From Antedon mediterranea (taxonomy: Eukaryota > Animalia > Echinodermata), in assembly GCF_964355755.1 (NCBI RefSeq), contig NC_092670.1, forward strand, positions 40,102,388 through 40,166,387: a DNA stretch of 64,000 nt, read 5' to 3'. Shown in pieces: positions 42,001-55,240 of the stretch. The translations under genes and the position numbers were made by a program. Position 1 is the stretch's first letter. Every line of letters starts with the position of its first letter. The notes under the pieces were generated by a model, which did not search any database, was not told the origin of the DNA, and saw only the letters and a program-made list of their open reading frames with translations.

Positions 42001-45000
42001 GTCTTCTTAATCTTGATAACCCCATTGCTACTACGCCGTGGACCTCCCACAAAGCTAGAATTTTGTAACTCTTGCTTCGTAAAAAGATACCCCATCATCT
42101 TCAAAATGAATGTCTGTCCTGGTTTTGGTCGAGGCTTGCTTGATGAATAACAAGCCAAATACTTTGATTTTGCTACTTCAATACACGCCACATTTTCATT
42201 ACCAATCACAATAAACTCTCCAGGTGAAGACATCTTTTCTCTCACACGTTGCTCTGCTTGTTTCAATTTTGTCTCTTTCAACTGTTTTAACTGTTCCTGA
42301 AGTTGTGGAATTGTCAGATGAGAAGAGGTTCCTGCTATCTGACCACGACCACTAATATGTTCTGTTATAGTAGAAATGTCATTTTCAATTTGATTTCTTC
42401 CAGAAGATGAATGTGAAAGATCGTTTTCATCCATTCTTGATTCTGTTGACGAGTAGAAAAAAGGTCCGCTTACATATTTAGCTTTAAAATTGTTCTTGTG
42501 TTCATTTGTTCCGTCATTTGGCAAAACTTCATTCCCTCTGCTATCTGATAATTTTGAAATAAACATGGGTACAGGTCGAAGTTCAACATCATCCTCCAGA
42601 ACTGAATCATTTCCAGATGGATTTAAACACTGTATACTACTATCATCTTTATCCAGACAGACATCATTCTCAAGAACTCCCGGATCTGGTTTTACTGGCG
42701 TTTCTTCAGGAATCAAAATATAAGCATTTGAAGAACCTGGATGTTCATTAGCTGGAGAACCTGTTGACCTGCTGCAAGATGTGTGAACAGATTGTTTAGT
42801 ATTGTTCCAATTTACTTCCTGCTGACCTGACATGTCACCTTTAATACTGTTGAAATTAGAGTTGTTTTGAGGTAATCGATTCCAGGTATCTGTGCTTCCT
42901 TCGGTTGGGTCAAAATCTTGAGTTATATCAATTTGCGCATGGTCTAATATTGAGTTTACTGGCAGATTAGTTAATTGAGATTGCTGAGATGGTTGATTCC
43001 AGATTGCACTTTCTTCAATTTCTTGATTGGTGTGCTGTTGGAGAATCATTTCATTGTCTTTAATCGATGTGTTTGAAGGATTACACTTTGATACTAAAGC
43101 AGTCATTGTTTTTAACATCTTCTGAAAGTTAGAAAACATCTTTTGTTGGTTCAGTTCAATTCTGCCAAGTCTTCTGTTAACAGTGTCTAATTTCAGAAGT
43201 TGACGTTGAATAAGGTGTTGTCTTCGTTCAATGTTAGCCACACTTGTACCTAGCATATGAACAGATGACAGCGTTCTTTCAACTGTTGTTTCAAAATCAT
43301 TTTCAAAATCAGCGAGAGGAGAGCAACGCAATCTGGAATCTTCATCACTGGTGGTATCAGTATCTTGTTCACAGCCTTTTTGTGTCCTCAAACGATTTGA
43401 TCTTTTGTCTTCTTTATCATTGCTTCTACAAGAAGTGGCCAATAAATTTGCAAATGATTCATTTCCATCCTCAAGAGAGCATTTATAATAATTTCCAAAA
43501 ATGTTGGAAGAAGGTTCTCCATCAAAGGCGGAAGAAGTTTTCTTGAATTGTGTGTCCTTCTTCTTCCTCTTTCTGCAGTTGTCATCGTCATCATAAACAT
43601 CAATCACAGGATTTATGTCTGTGCAGAAAGAGAGCGAATATCAAATGTTAGAGAGCAGTTTATTGTTGAGTTTTCGTATTAGTCTGGTGATCGTCATGCA
43701 GAACATTGATGAATCCATCTCAAATTAAGTCTTCAAAATGCCATGGATGATTCTCCTTTATTAGCCATGTGGATGTTTATTCCATTTCAATTTCCATTTC
43801 AACATCATCTCCATCTCAAATGCCATTCACGGTTCAAAACGATTTAATTTTCTAGAAAAGTACTGTTTCAGCTATTTTTAAATTTTGTTTGTGCTTTTAT
43901 GCTTTTGTTTCTGTTCAAGGGGAAGGGGGATGTAGATAGAGGTGCTTGCCACCTGTTCATCCCTTTCTTTTCGCTATGTTGTGCTATGTGCTTTTTTTAT
44001 TTGTATATCTGTTTGCAGAGTATAATAAATAATAATGTTTTCAATTTCTATTTTATGTAATAAGTGCTACATGTTTTAATGTGATCTATTTTGAATTGAC
44101 TAGTTGTATATATGTGTACATTTTAAAACAATATTAAAGTTAGTTAAAGATGTATTGTCCCTTTGACTAATTCCAAAAAAATGTATAAAAAAAGATTTCG
44201 GAAAAAGCGGGTCATTTTGAAGTATCATAATATTTATTAACTTTCACCAAAAATTAGTCGAAAAAAAAATCATTTAACTGAAATACAGACATTTCTTTTT
44301 TCAAAAAATAACTGACTTCCAGTCAAAGTTTTCGATCAAAACATATCTCATAATGCAACGCGCTTGTTTGGCTCATATGTATGCATAATCATTTAATTTC
44401 TTTGCGATCTGTTTAAAACACCTTCTCAACCGTGAGGAGTTGTAAACAATCCTAATTAGCATCATGCATAATGCATACTCATGGTTTGAAATCTTTGTTT
44501 ACTTTTGCTCGCGACAATTTTTCAGACGAAATGTAATCAAATTAATTTACCTGTTAATTATGTAAACTTCTTGTTTTTGGCTCGAATTTTCGACTTAAAG
44601 TGAATAACTTTAATATTACTTTGATATGGCCAATTTAAATTTAGAATATTTTGACCTTCATTTTTTGTGTTTCAAGTGATAATTCATCTTTAAGTTAAAT
44701 ACTAGTGATTGACACTATATATAGAAAACATCTATGGATGGACAATGTATGATACAGTATTTATTAAAGATACACTGTCTCTAAAGTCTGTCAATTTTGT
44801 AAAAAATGAATGGATGGAATTACATAGTAATGTATTGTAAGTTTTTTCAGTAAAAATATGATACATATTTTTAATATTTTATTTTTTTTTGGTAAATAAT
44901 TATTTACAAAAATATACATTTTCTTCTTTAGACCCAATAAACTTTATTTTTTTTATAAATGATGACAACAACAAAGATGTTTTGCTAATTCTGCATACTA

Positions 45001-48000
45001 GGTCTAGTATACTAGCAATGTCAGTCAATGTAACATTAATTAAAATGTTTTTGTTCAAGTTCATTAAACAAATTTTCCAAATTTTTCACAATATTGGAAA
45101 AACAATGTTAAATAAAATATTTAGTAAAAAAATAATGAAATAAGGAATAAAGAAACGCATTAAAAAGAATAAAAAGATGGAAAAATAATTATTATTTAGG
45201 AAAATCGGTTCCTGATCACCATAGTGTGGCTAAAACATTATTTTTACAACAACAAACTGAAATACATACCTGGGCTTGAAGTATGTGACCTAGGAGAGAT
45301 TGATTGACCCTACAAAAGAAAAAAACAAACATTTTTTAATACTACACTTATAATGTATAATCAAATCCATGTGACCAACAATCGTCCAATCAAATGACAG
45401 GAATTTATTCAGGTGTTAAATAATAATGGATAATCAATGGATTAAACAGTGAACAGTAGCTTTATTTATTTGAAGCTTTCAATTTGCGATGACCTAGTAC
45501 TGTATCTTCAATAAAATCCTAGTTTTTTCGCAAAAACAAAAGCTTCTTACTTTTAAGAGAGTTGAACGACAGTTAAAATTGTAATAATCTAAAAAGAAGT
45601 TAAAATTGTCTTATTTATTAATAAATGTTAGCTTCTCTTTGCATGTGCGATCACCTTTTTTACTTTTGGTACTTAATTCAGTTACCTTCATAAAACCTTG
45701 TCATTTATCCGATTTCTGTGCATATTTAGTTTTATTTTAAAATATTTATTATTTAAATATTCTGTATTGTTTAATTGATTAACTTTTACTACCTAAATAA
45801 TAAATTGATCATTTTATATTTAAAATAACAATATAATGCTTATTTTATGTGCGATGCTCTACAATGGCTCTGTCTTTTACTTTCTGTCTTCTGTACCACG
45901 ATATTTGTTTGGCAAAAAGTATCAATATAAAATGTTGAAAGGTCATTTTTTAACTATTCTTTTGATAGCCTCTTTGTTGTGATGTGCAATTTCTAAGTTG
46001 CAACATATGATAATCATCATCACGACTGACAAAACATTGATTGACCTGATCTAGGTTGGTCACCGCTCGTCGCAAACCGAAACCTCCCTAACATTGTTTT
46101 GTACTTTTTGCTGTTGTCAAGAATTTCTTATAGTAATTTAACCTGCATTTACTAAAGTCCTAAAAATGACAATAAAATACATACACTGGGTTTATAGCAT
46201 CAACTTTATTTATTAAAGCAAATTCAAAGATTTTTAAAAATATATAGTTTTCCAAACAAATATAATTGTCATGCAAAAAAATGCTCTATTTATAACACAA
46301 TTCTTTCTGTGAAAGACTGATGTTTTGTAAATTAATAATTAAACAAAAGATAAACTCTCAATAGAGCATTTATACAGTTGAAACTAATTACATGTATGAC
46401 ACTTCTGCTCTTGAAATGAAACAAAGAAATGGACTAATAATGTATTATCTTTATAAAAAACATGTGAAACAGAAACTACATTCAAGCATTATGAGACTAA
46501 CAATTCAGCTTTAAAACAAAAATCAAACTACAAGTTTCGATCTCTAATTGTCTGAGAAAGTGAAATAACAGGTTTAAATTGTTTGCTTCGACACAACGAT
46601 AAATATTAATATTATACTAATAAAAGTAATTACGTGTTCTAAAGTGAAAACAGAAATACTTCAAAGTCAAAAAAGCTTTAACAGACCTTGTAATAGTTTT
46701 TACACAGACTATAAGAGCTTAGTGAAATTTTTTAAAAGATCATCCAACGGTGTAATAATTACTAATATAAAACAACATTAGTTAGGTCTATAGTATTTTT
46801 TTAAGCGTTATTTTTATATTATGTAATTAATAATAATATAAGAAATGTTAAACATTGAATTTATAACCTATACACTATTGCTCTACCTCTGTATCGAGCA
46901 CTCTTATTCATGATCTGGATCAAGTCTACCATGCAGATTAACCTATACACTATTGCTCTACCTATGTATCGAGCACTCTTATTCATGATCTGGATCAAGT
47001 CTACAACGCAGATTAACCTATACACTATACATTTATTATATTTTTCTATGAACATTGAGTATGGTTTTAATACTGTACTTGACTACCACTAAACAGTAGA
47101 ATGAAGTTTACTAGAATTATTCAAATCTGGGGCGGATCCAGTTTTATTCAATATTAATTTCTATAAATTTATTAGGAAAAGGAAAATAAGAATTCCAATG
47201 TAAAAATAATTATACTGTACATATTTTATGTTTATGTTAAAATTCAATAAACAATATCTGGCTTAATAATACTAAATGTTTTTAGAAGGTCACCATTCTG
47301 TAACGGCGTCGGACCCCTACCTAGGTGCAAATTAGCAAATGTTAGGTTAAACTCTACGTTCACCACTGATAATCTCTTGCAGAATATCATCAGTAAGTAG
47401 ATCACCGTCAAAACTGGGAAACTCCTTCTTTGCTTGCAACATTATGACCTTCAAACGGAACGGATCTAAAGCATTTTTAACAGTTTGCCTTTGAGACTTC
47501 CACAAATCGTCTCCACTTCCTGATAACTCATCGTTTATGAATAAGATTGATAGAAGTCTTTTGATAAAGAAGGTTACAGACTTGCTCTTACTCTGTATGT
47601 CTTGATAAATGTTCTTTGGAATCTCCATTTTGTAAGGATGACTGCCAATGACAACTGTATGACCTTTTCTTTGTTCTGATGATTCTTTAGAAGTTGTTCC
47701 TAAATTATAAGCTTCCTGATTGTAAGCACCTCGCATCTGATGTTTGTTGGACACACGTGGTGTGACTGTGCATCTGGTTTCTGTTAGCTTTCTTTGTTTG
47801 GAGTTCGATTCATTTTGACTTTGTTCTTTCAAAGAGCTAATCCTCTTCCTCCATGTTGCCTCCGTTGGAAGAACATTCATTCCTATCCTGTTGGAATTGG
47901 TTCGATTGAGGTTGTCGCAATTTTTTGAAGATGGAATGGCAAGTTCTTTCTTTCCATCCTTCTTACTAAGATGGCTCCTTGATTGAGATTCATTATTTCT

Positions 48001-51000
48001 CTGCTCGGTAGAAGCATTTGAACGATTCTTCTTTGGTTCCTCTTCATCATCAGACATTTCAAGCTGAATGTCCATTTCAGTGTCTTTCATTTTTGAAGAC
48101 ACATGACCAGTACATGAGGTTTTCTTTTTTGATACTGACGACGTGACAGTTTGCAACTCACTCAATCTTTTATCAGTAACGATTGGAAGTTTATTCAGAG
48201 ACACTATGGGCATTTTTGAAAGCCTAGGTAAGAGAAGCACATCTGGTTGGTGTTCAGGCAGTTTAGAAGACCCTGAGGGAAGTTTAATTCTTGATTTAAT
48301 GAAGTTTATATTTTCTCTAGCTTGTGAATTTTTCTGGTATGGGCCAAGTTTGTAAGATGTTCTCTTGGATTGTTTTTTACCAGTGACGATTAACCTACCA
48401 GTAGAAACACAATTGCTTTTATTATAAGATGAAGAACGCCTTAGTTGTACCAATTTGGAAGTAACTTTAGAAGGATGACCTGACATGACCTGACCTTGTC
48501 TTAGAGAATTTTGTGGAGCAACAGAATTGACCAATGACACATCAGATTTTCTTGCTTCAGATTGCCAGCTTGAAGGAGGTCTTAAAACGGCAGCAATGAC
48601 ATCTCTGCTTTCTTTTTTAATGGCTTCCTTAACCTCATCCACCATCGATGTAATTTTGTCAACAACAACTGCATTACTATCAAATTGTTCCAGTTGTTTT
48701 TGTGTTTTTTCCAATACATCATCACAAATAGATTGTATGTCACTCTTGATATCCAACCGAATCTCATGTCGAAGTTTCCTTAACTGGGTTTCAATTGAGC
48801 GGAACTTGGTGTCGACATACTGATGAAGGCATTTGCAACAGGTATTGTGTCGTTGAGAAGGAATGGGTCGTCTAATTGGTGGACCTCCCAAACTGGAAGG
48901 GTATAAAAGTCGATGATCTGGAGAATTTGTCCGTGTATCAGAAATATCTGTAGAAGTTTTTGGAAAATTGTTTCTCTTAGTCTGGTGTAGATCATCCCTC
49001 AATTTTGAATGTGAAAATACCGCTGCGTTCTTGTCACTGTTTTGGCCGTTTCTTGTAGTAGGGACGGAGTAACTATTTTTCACATGACTATTGTCTTTCT
49101 CCAAAGTGGAAATTGACTTATGATTGTAATATGACCTGATTCTTGAACTTTGACCTGGAATCCTCAACATTACATCTGTTGCCGATTTGGTTCCCGAGTT
49201 AAGAGTTCTGTCAAAATGCTTTTTGTTTCCATCAGTTGAATTCTTATGCATTAATCTGTAACTTGGTTTCCGTGAAATGTAATACATTAAATCCTCTTCA
49301 TTATAATGATGCCATCTAAGATTATGACCACGAATTTGAGAAGTATTAAACGACATCAACTGAATATCACTTTGAAAAGATGTTGCATGACTGGGTAATG
49401 AATTTGATTGAGAAGCTTTGTCAGAGTCATTATCAGAAGTTCTACAAGAAGTTTGAGGTTTTTGACTGTTGCTCGAATCATTATCGTCAGAGTCTTCCAA
49501 ATCTAAATTTATAGGCATCATAAAATCGTCATCTAGTTCACTATCTTGGTCAGTGATGTCCGAATATAGTCCTCTATTGCGGTCATCACTGTTGGACGAG
49601 CAACCATCCCAATATGCCTGCACGTCCGCTCTCTCCTACAAGTTGAAGAAATTCGAAGAGTGAGAGTGCAGGCTTGAGATTTTTTTTTTTTAAGCAAAAG
49701 CATGAATTTCTATAGGCTGTATATATAATGTCTGCAAAAGAAAATCATCTGCAAAAAAAATGTTGCTAAACTAAAAAAATACAAGCTGCATAAATGAAAA
49801 AAAAAAATTTCCAAATTGCTGATAATCAATGATATATGTACGAATGATATGATATTAACATGATTTTAATCCATGGTGTAAAAGTAAAAGAGATGCAATA
49901 AAAACAAAAAGCAATCCGAGCGGCATCCAGAATCGTGAAACAAGATTCTGTAAATAAAACTTGATATCTATATGTACATACCCTGCGTGTTGCATGTGCA
50001 AAGAAATGTGTGCTTGCTGCTGTACTCTATTATTTTACCTATACCGTAGTTCCCCGGGTATAATCCCACCCTCCTTGTACGTGAAATTTGCCCGAATTTG
50101 GGAGGTGGGACTATACCCGGGGATTTCCCACTGCATGAATTGAAAATGACGATATTTCTTCTAGCTACGATCTAAAGCTATATTCCGATGCATGTAGGCT
50201 AGGCCTAGCAATTAGACGGCCAGGCCATCTAGACCTAGGCGGCCTAATTGGTCTTACCTGTGCTATGCCTACCGTTATAGATTTTCCCCAGATTTCTACT
50301 TAAAAAATACCCTAAAATGTGATCTAGGCCTAGCTTCCTAAATCGACATGAACTCGATCATACGAGTTCTCCGTCTCCCGGCGGTTCACCCACGCTCGAG
50401 CTCAGTGTAAATCGCATGTTGTTGCATGTGACACAAACTACTGCACAAGCCGGTCGGTATAGAGGGCGGTGTTTTTTTTACGGTAATCAAGCATGCAGTA
50501 GTGTAAACAACAAGAAAGAATGTACACGGCGAAAGGATGTACAGAACGCGACGATCGGGGCATGCTAGCCTTAAGGTTGTATTCAACTTAACAATGTTTG
50601 ATGAGTTTTAAGTCAGCCAAATTCAGAGAAATTACTCTATTCTTTGGTGAGAATTTCTTTAAAAATATTGACGTCGGCCTAGCTAGCTACAGTAGGCCTA
50701 GGCCCACCTCTGGCCTTATATTAAATTATACACTGGGACTTTGCTCGGGGATATGCTTGCGTGCGAAGGTAATCGTAAAGTCGGGGGTGGGATTATACCC
50801 GAGGTGGGATTATACCCGAGGAACTACGGTATATATATATTTTTCTCTACAATTTAGTTTGATTCAATGCATTCTATTCATACATGACATGACATGAGTT
50901 AGCATTATATATTTGGTTATTTAGGCTTTTCATATCAAATTTTTATACATTTTTTTAAAAAATATATATATTTTTTTTACATTTTGTTTTTGTTCTGTGT

Positions 51001-54000
51001 TTTATTTGTTTTCTATGTGTTATATGACAATACTGATACGGTGAGAGTCAATACGGTGAGAGTCAATGACAATACTGTAACATACTGTGAGAGTCAATAC
51101 GGTGAGAGTCAATGACAATACTGTAACATACGGTGAGAGTCAATACGGTGAGAGTCAATACGGTGAGAGTCAATACGGTGAGAGTCAATAAAGAATTATA
51201 TTCTATGCACTATTATGTAAATCTAAAGAAAAAATATAGCAACTAATGTAAATAATTTAGATAATTGTTTTAATTATTAAACTCATGCAACTGACCTTTA
51301 ACCTTGGTGACATACTTTCATGTCGGATGCGCTTTGATTGGATCGGTGTTGAACTGTTTCCAGATAAACGTCTTTTTGGTGCTGATGGGCCATCGCCTAA
51401 AAAAAAATAATTGATGGGTAAATACTTATAGAAAGAATAACAATTTTCCAATAATATTAATACAATAAAACGTCTAAAATATACCCAAGAAATCAAGAGG
51501 TATTTTTGTAAATTGACAAACTTGTAAATTGTGAACGTAATTTTTATCTTTTTGTTGTATGATAGCAAAGTACTCTACAATACTACACTTCAGGTTCAAT
51601 CTAGGCATTGGAGATCATCAATAAACAACCTAACAACCCAACGAAAGTACCAGTGTGAGTCAATGAAGTTTGCACCAATGTTTTTACTAAATTGTGAAAT
51701 ATTATATATACATTTACATTTTACCAAAATGAACTAAAAACATATGTAGCCAGTAAACCTCCATGAACTAGCAACTAAGGATTCTTGTTGTAAAGTGACA
51801 TGTAGTTTCAGGCACCTTTTTCTATGCTGCTAAGTCCAATGTGTACAATTTCCCAAAAAAATACCAGTAATACATTTTGAGCTACAACATTTAACTGTCA
51901 GTGTGGAATAGGTGGTTTTAGTGTGGAACAATCAAAATGATAGTTACTTTCAAGCGATTGACTTCGTTCCACTTTTCGGCGGCCATGACTCTTAGACCAG
52001 TCTTTGTCGTACAAGCCTTCACTCGTCTTTTTTGAAAAAATAATAGTAGAAGAAGTTCTTGATATTTTTACTGTATGTCAAACTCTCTTATGTATATAAA
52101 GTATTGATATACCCAAATATGGTAGTGATATGCCCAAATATGGTAGTGATATGACATCATCATGTCTATATATGGGCACATCATTTTTTTGTCACATAAA
52201 ATTTGATAGTGTAGAGAGAGCTTTAGTTTCTTACCTTATCCTGTTGGAGGGACGGAGGTAAATCACGAATGTTAATAGCTTGCACAGTTTTCTTTATACC
52301 GTCGTAGAAAAGAACTTGATAAGAACCGCTACTATTCGCTGAAATGATTTCTGCCGGATAAAAACGACAGTCGGTCCATCGTGCTAACACATGCTCACCG
52401 GATCTCTACAATATTTTAAAATAAATAAACATTATTTTAACTGTAATTTCTAAAACTATGTTTAAATGTAAATTTTGTAAAATGAAATGAACTGAATTCA
52501 CTACAAAGTGAAGTGCAGTAAAACCTCTCAATAAAATTAACTAACTGTACACATAAATATTTAAGGGGAAGTATAATGTATTTTTTAATTTATACAAAAA
52601 CAGGAAGTTCCCACATACAGCACACGGGCGAAAATGTAATAAAGATCAAAATATAAAATGTACAAAAAAAAGAAAATATATATATTTTTTTTAACATTTT
52701 GTTTTTGTTATATGTGTTTTATTTGTTTTCTTTGTGTTATATGCCAATACTGTAACATACGGTGAGAGTCAATAAAGAATTGTAATCTATGCACTATTAG
52801 GCCAAAAAAAAAAAATAGTTTGTTTGCTGTCATCCGCCGCCCCTAATTTCGCCAAAAATTTGGGGCGGAAATAAGAAAAAGTTTTTTTTTTACGTTGAGG
52901 GCGCTTTAAAATTTTTTTTTTTTTAATGATTTTTTTTGGCCGAAAAGGTGTAAAAATCGAGTGTGCGAGGATGAAACAATAAAAATAATAACGTAGCGTA
53001 TATTTCGTTGTATAATCGCACTTTTGACACGCAAATTTAACCTCTAAATTAAGGGTGCGTCTTATACACCGAACATAAATGCCTCAACACACAGATATCG
53101 CCACCTCGTTGGCTAGGCCTGGGCTTTTTAACCGATTCACCACGATAAGCGCTTAAAGCGCTCAAAAGGTTAAAAGTCAAGGTCATTGTAAACAAATTTT
53201 CAACAAAAAAAAAGTAAATCGAATTTACATGCGCAGTTTGCTGTGCATGAATCGTAACAACAAATTATACAAAATACTCACAACTTTTTTTTTAAAAATA
53301 TGCTTCTAAATATATAAAAACAATTGTTGAAGTTAGTTTGAAAATAAAATTCGAAAATATAACCGTTTTTCGAAGCACGCTGTTCGAAACGCGACAGGCG
53401 CGTTGAATGAATCTAGGCCTAGACATACAACGTAAAATCGTCTAAAATCCATCTTTATTTCTAATAATCACTATTTTGAAGCTTGTATACAATAAATGTA
53501 TAATAAATAAAGATTATGTATCAGTTACAGTGTCTAAATCGTCATATTTCCATGTAAAAATGTGATTTTTCTACCGGAGAAAAGTCGTGAAGATGTCCTC
53601 ACAAGGGCCGCGCCATATTGTTTACCTTTGATTGTAATATGAACCCTGACATGTCAGATGCATTATGGGCATGAAATATTTGTTCAAACTCTGCGCAAAG
53701 GTCAGTTTATTGAAGCATAACTTTTGACAAACATTTTGATACCAAACTTGTTTTAATTTCATAAGTTTTCGACGCATTTTCGTCAAATTTTCTGCAAGCT
53801 ACACGTCTAAAACAGCGGACTAAGCTCCCGAGGGATGCCGGTGCGCGTGGGAATCGCGAATTCCAAGTCGCTTTCGGGATGTTTTTTTTAACATTCCCGG
53901 TGAACAAACAGCGGCGAGGACGCTCTCGGGGCGGCTCCCGATAGGCCTAGGCCCCATATGGTCATCGTCGGATGAGTCAGTCTACTAATTTCTTCATAAT

Positions 54001-55200
54001 TTCGAAACCGGTCATTCATAATGGTCAAGTTTGGTCTTATTTTGAAGAGAAGAAATAGGTTCTGATGAAGAGATGAGTTTTATTATGAAATATTTATTAA
54101 TTTTTGTGCATTTGGTAGTCAAAGATAAATTACAAATTTTTAATAATTTTCCTAAAATATTTCTAAAATTTGCATAATCCATACTCCGCCAAAATAAGTT
54201 GTAACACAAATTTGATAACATATTTGGAAATAAAATGTCCTTTGCATTATTTTTGTTTTTAATTTTTTTAATGTCTGTGTTTAGAAAAAAAGTTAGGGTT
54301 AATTATATGACATATGCTTTTTGGGTCCCAGGGGAGCAAAATAAACTTAGGGGTCAATGGGTTAAGGTAAGGCCTATTAGTATTACTAAAGTCTAAAGAG
54401 TTGCCTAGCCTAGCTACAGTGTACTAGCGTAACAGCAACCTGCTAGTTTTCAAGGCATTTTAGCGTGATTTTTTCATTATGGAGCTGTTTTTTAGGCGCT
54501 CCGATAAAATTTCATTTGAAAACGACGTTTACGATTGGAATAGTATTATAGTTATACGCACGACCGTCGTACCCCCAGCGCGAGCGAGCCCTTCTTGGCA
54601 ACCACATTGTTTACACAGTATTCGACTAGTATATTCTCCAGTTGATTATAGCATAGACCTCCTAGCGTACACACTTCAGGATACATAGATACTAATCGAA
54701 TACGATTGTCCGTGAAAACGTACGTGCGCCTCTCGATAAAAGGATCGAGCGAGGCTAGCCCACACACACGTGCGGTCATGCACTCGATGTTGCGGGTGCG
54801 AAACTCATTCATAACAAGTTAGAAAGAACTGACGGAATGGGGGACTTCCCTTCTTGTTGAGGCTAATGGGCGCGGCCGTCTTATACATCGACGATATACA
54901 AAATACCGATATTTTACTCTCAGTTAGGGGTCGGGTGCGTCTTATTATACACAGGTGCGACTTATACACCGAAATATATGGTACACTAACTTCTAAAAAT
55001 TAAAATATTTAATTAGGCCTGCTAACAACGACCTACTGTGTAGTAGTAGGCCTAGCCTAGGCTAGTTTAGACACGGGGCCTAACGTGCCCAAAACAGAAT
55101 TAAAGTGTGAAACAAATTATGAATAGATGTTTGAGCTCGTTGTTTTATTCAGTGTGTTTTGTTACTCTCAAATTCGCGAGCAATTAACAGAGAAATTAAC

Positions 55201-55240
<40 letters not shown>

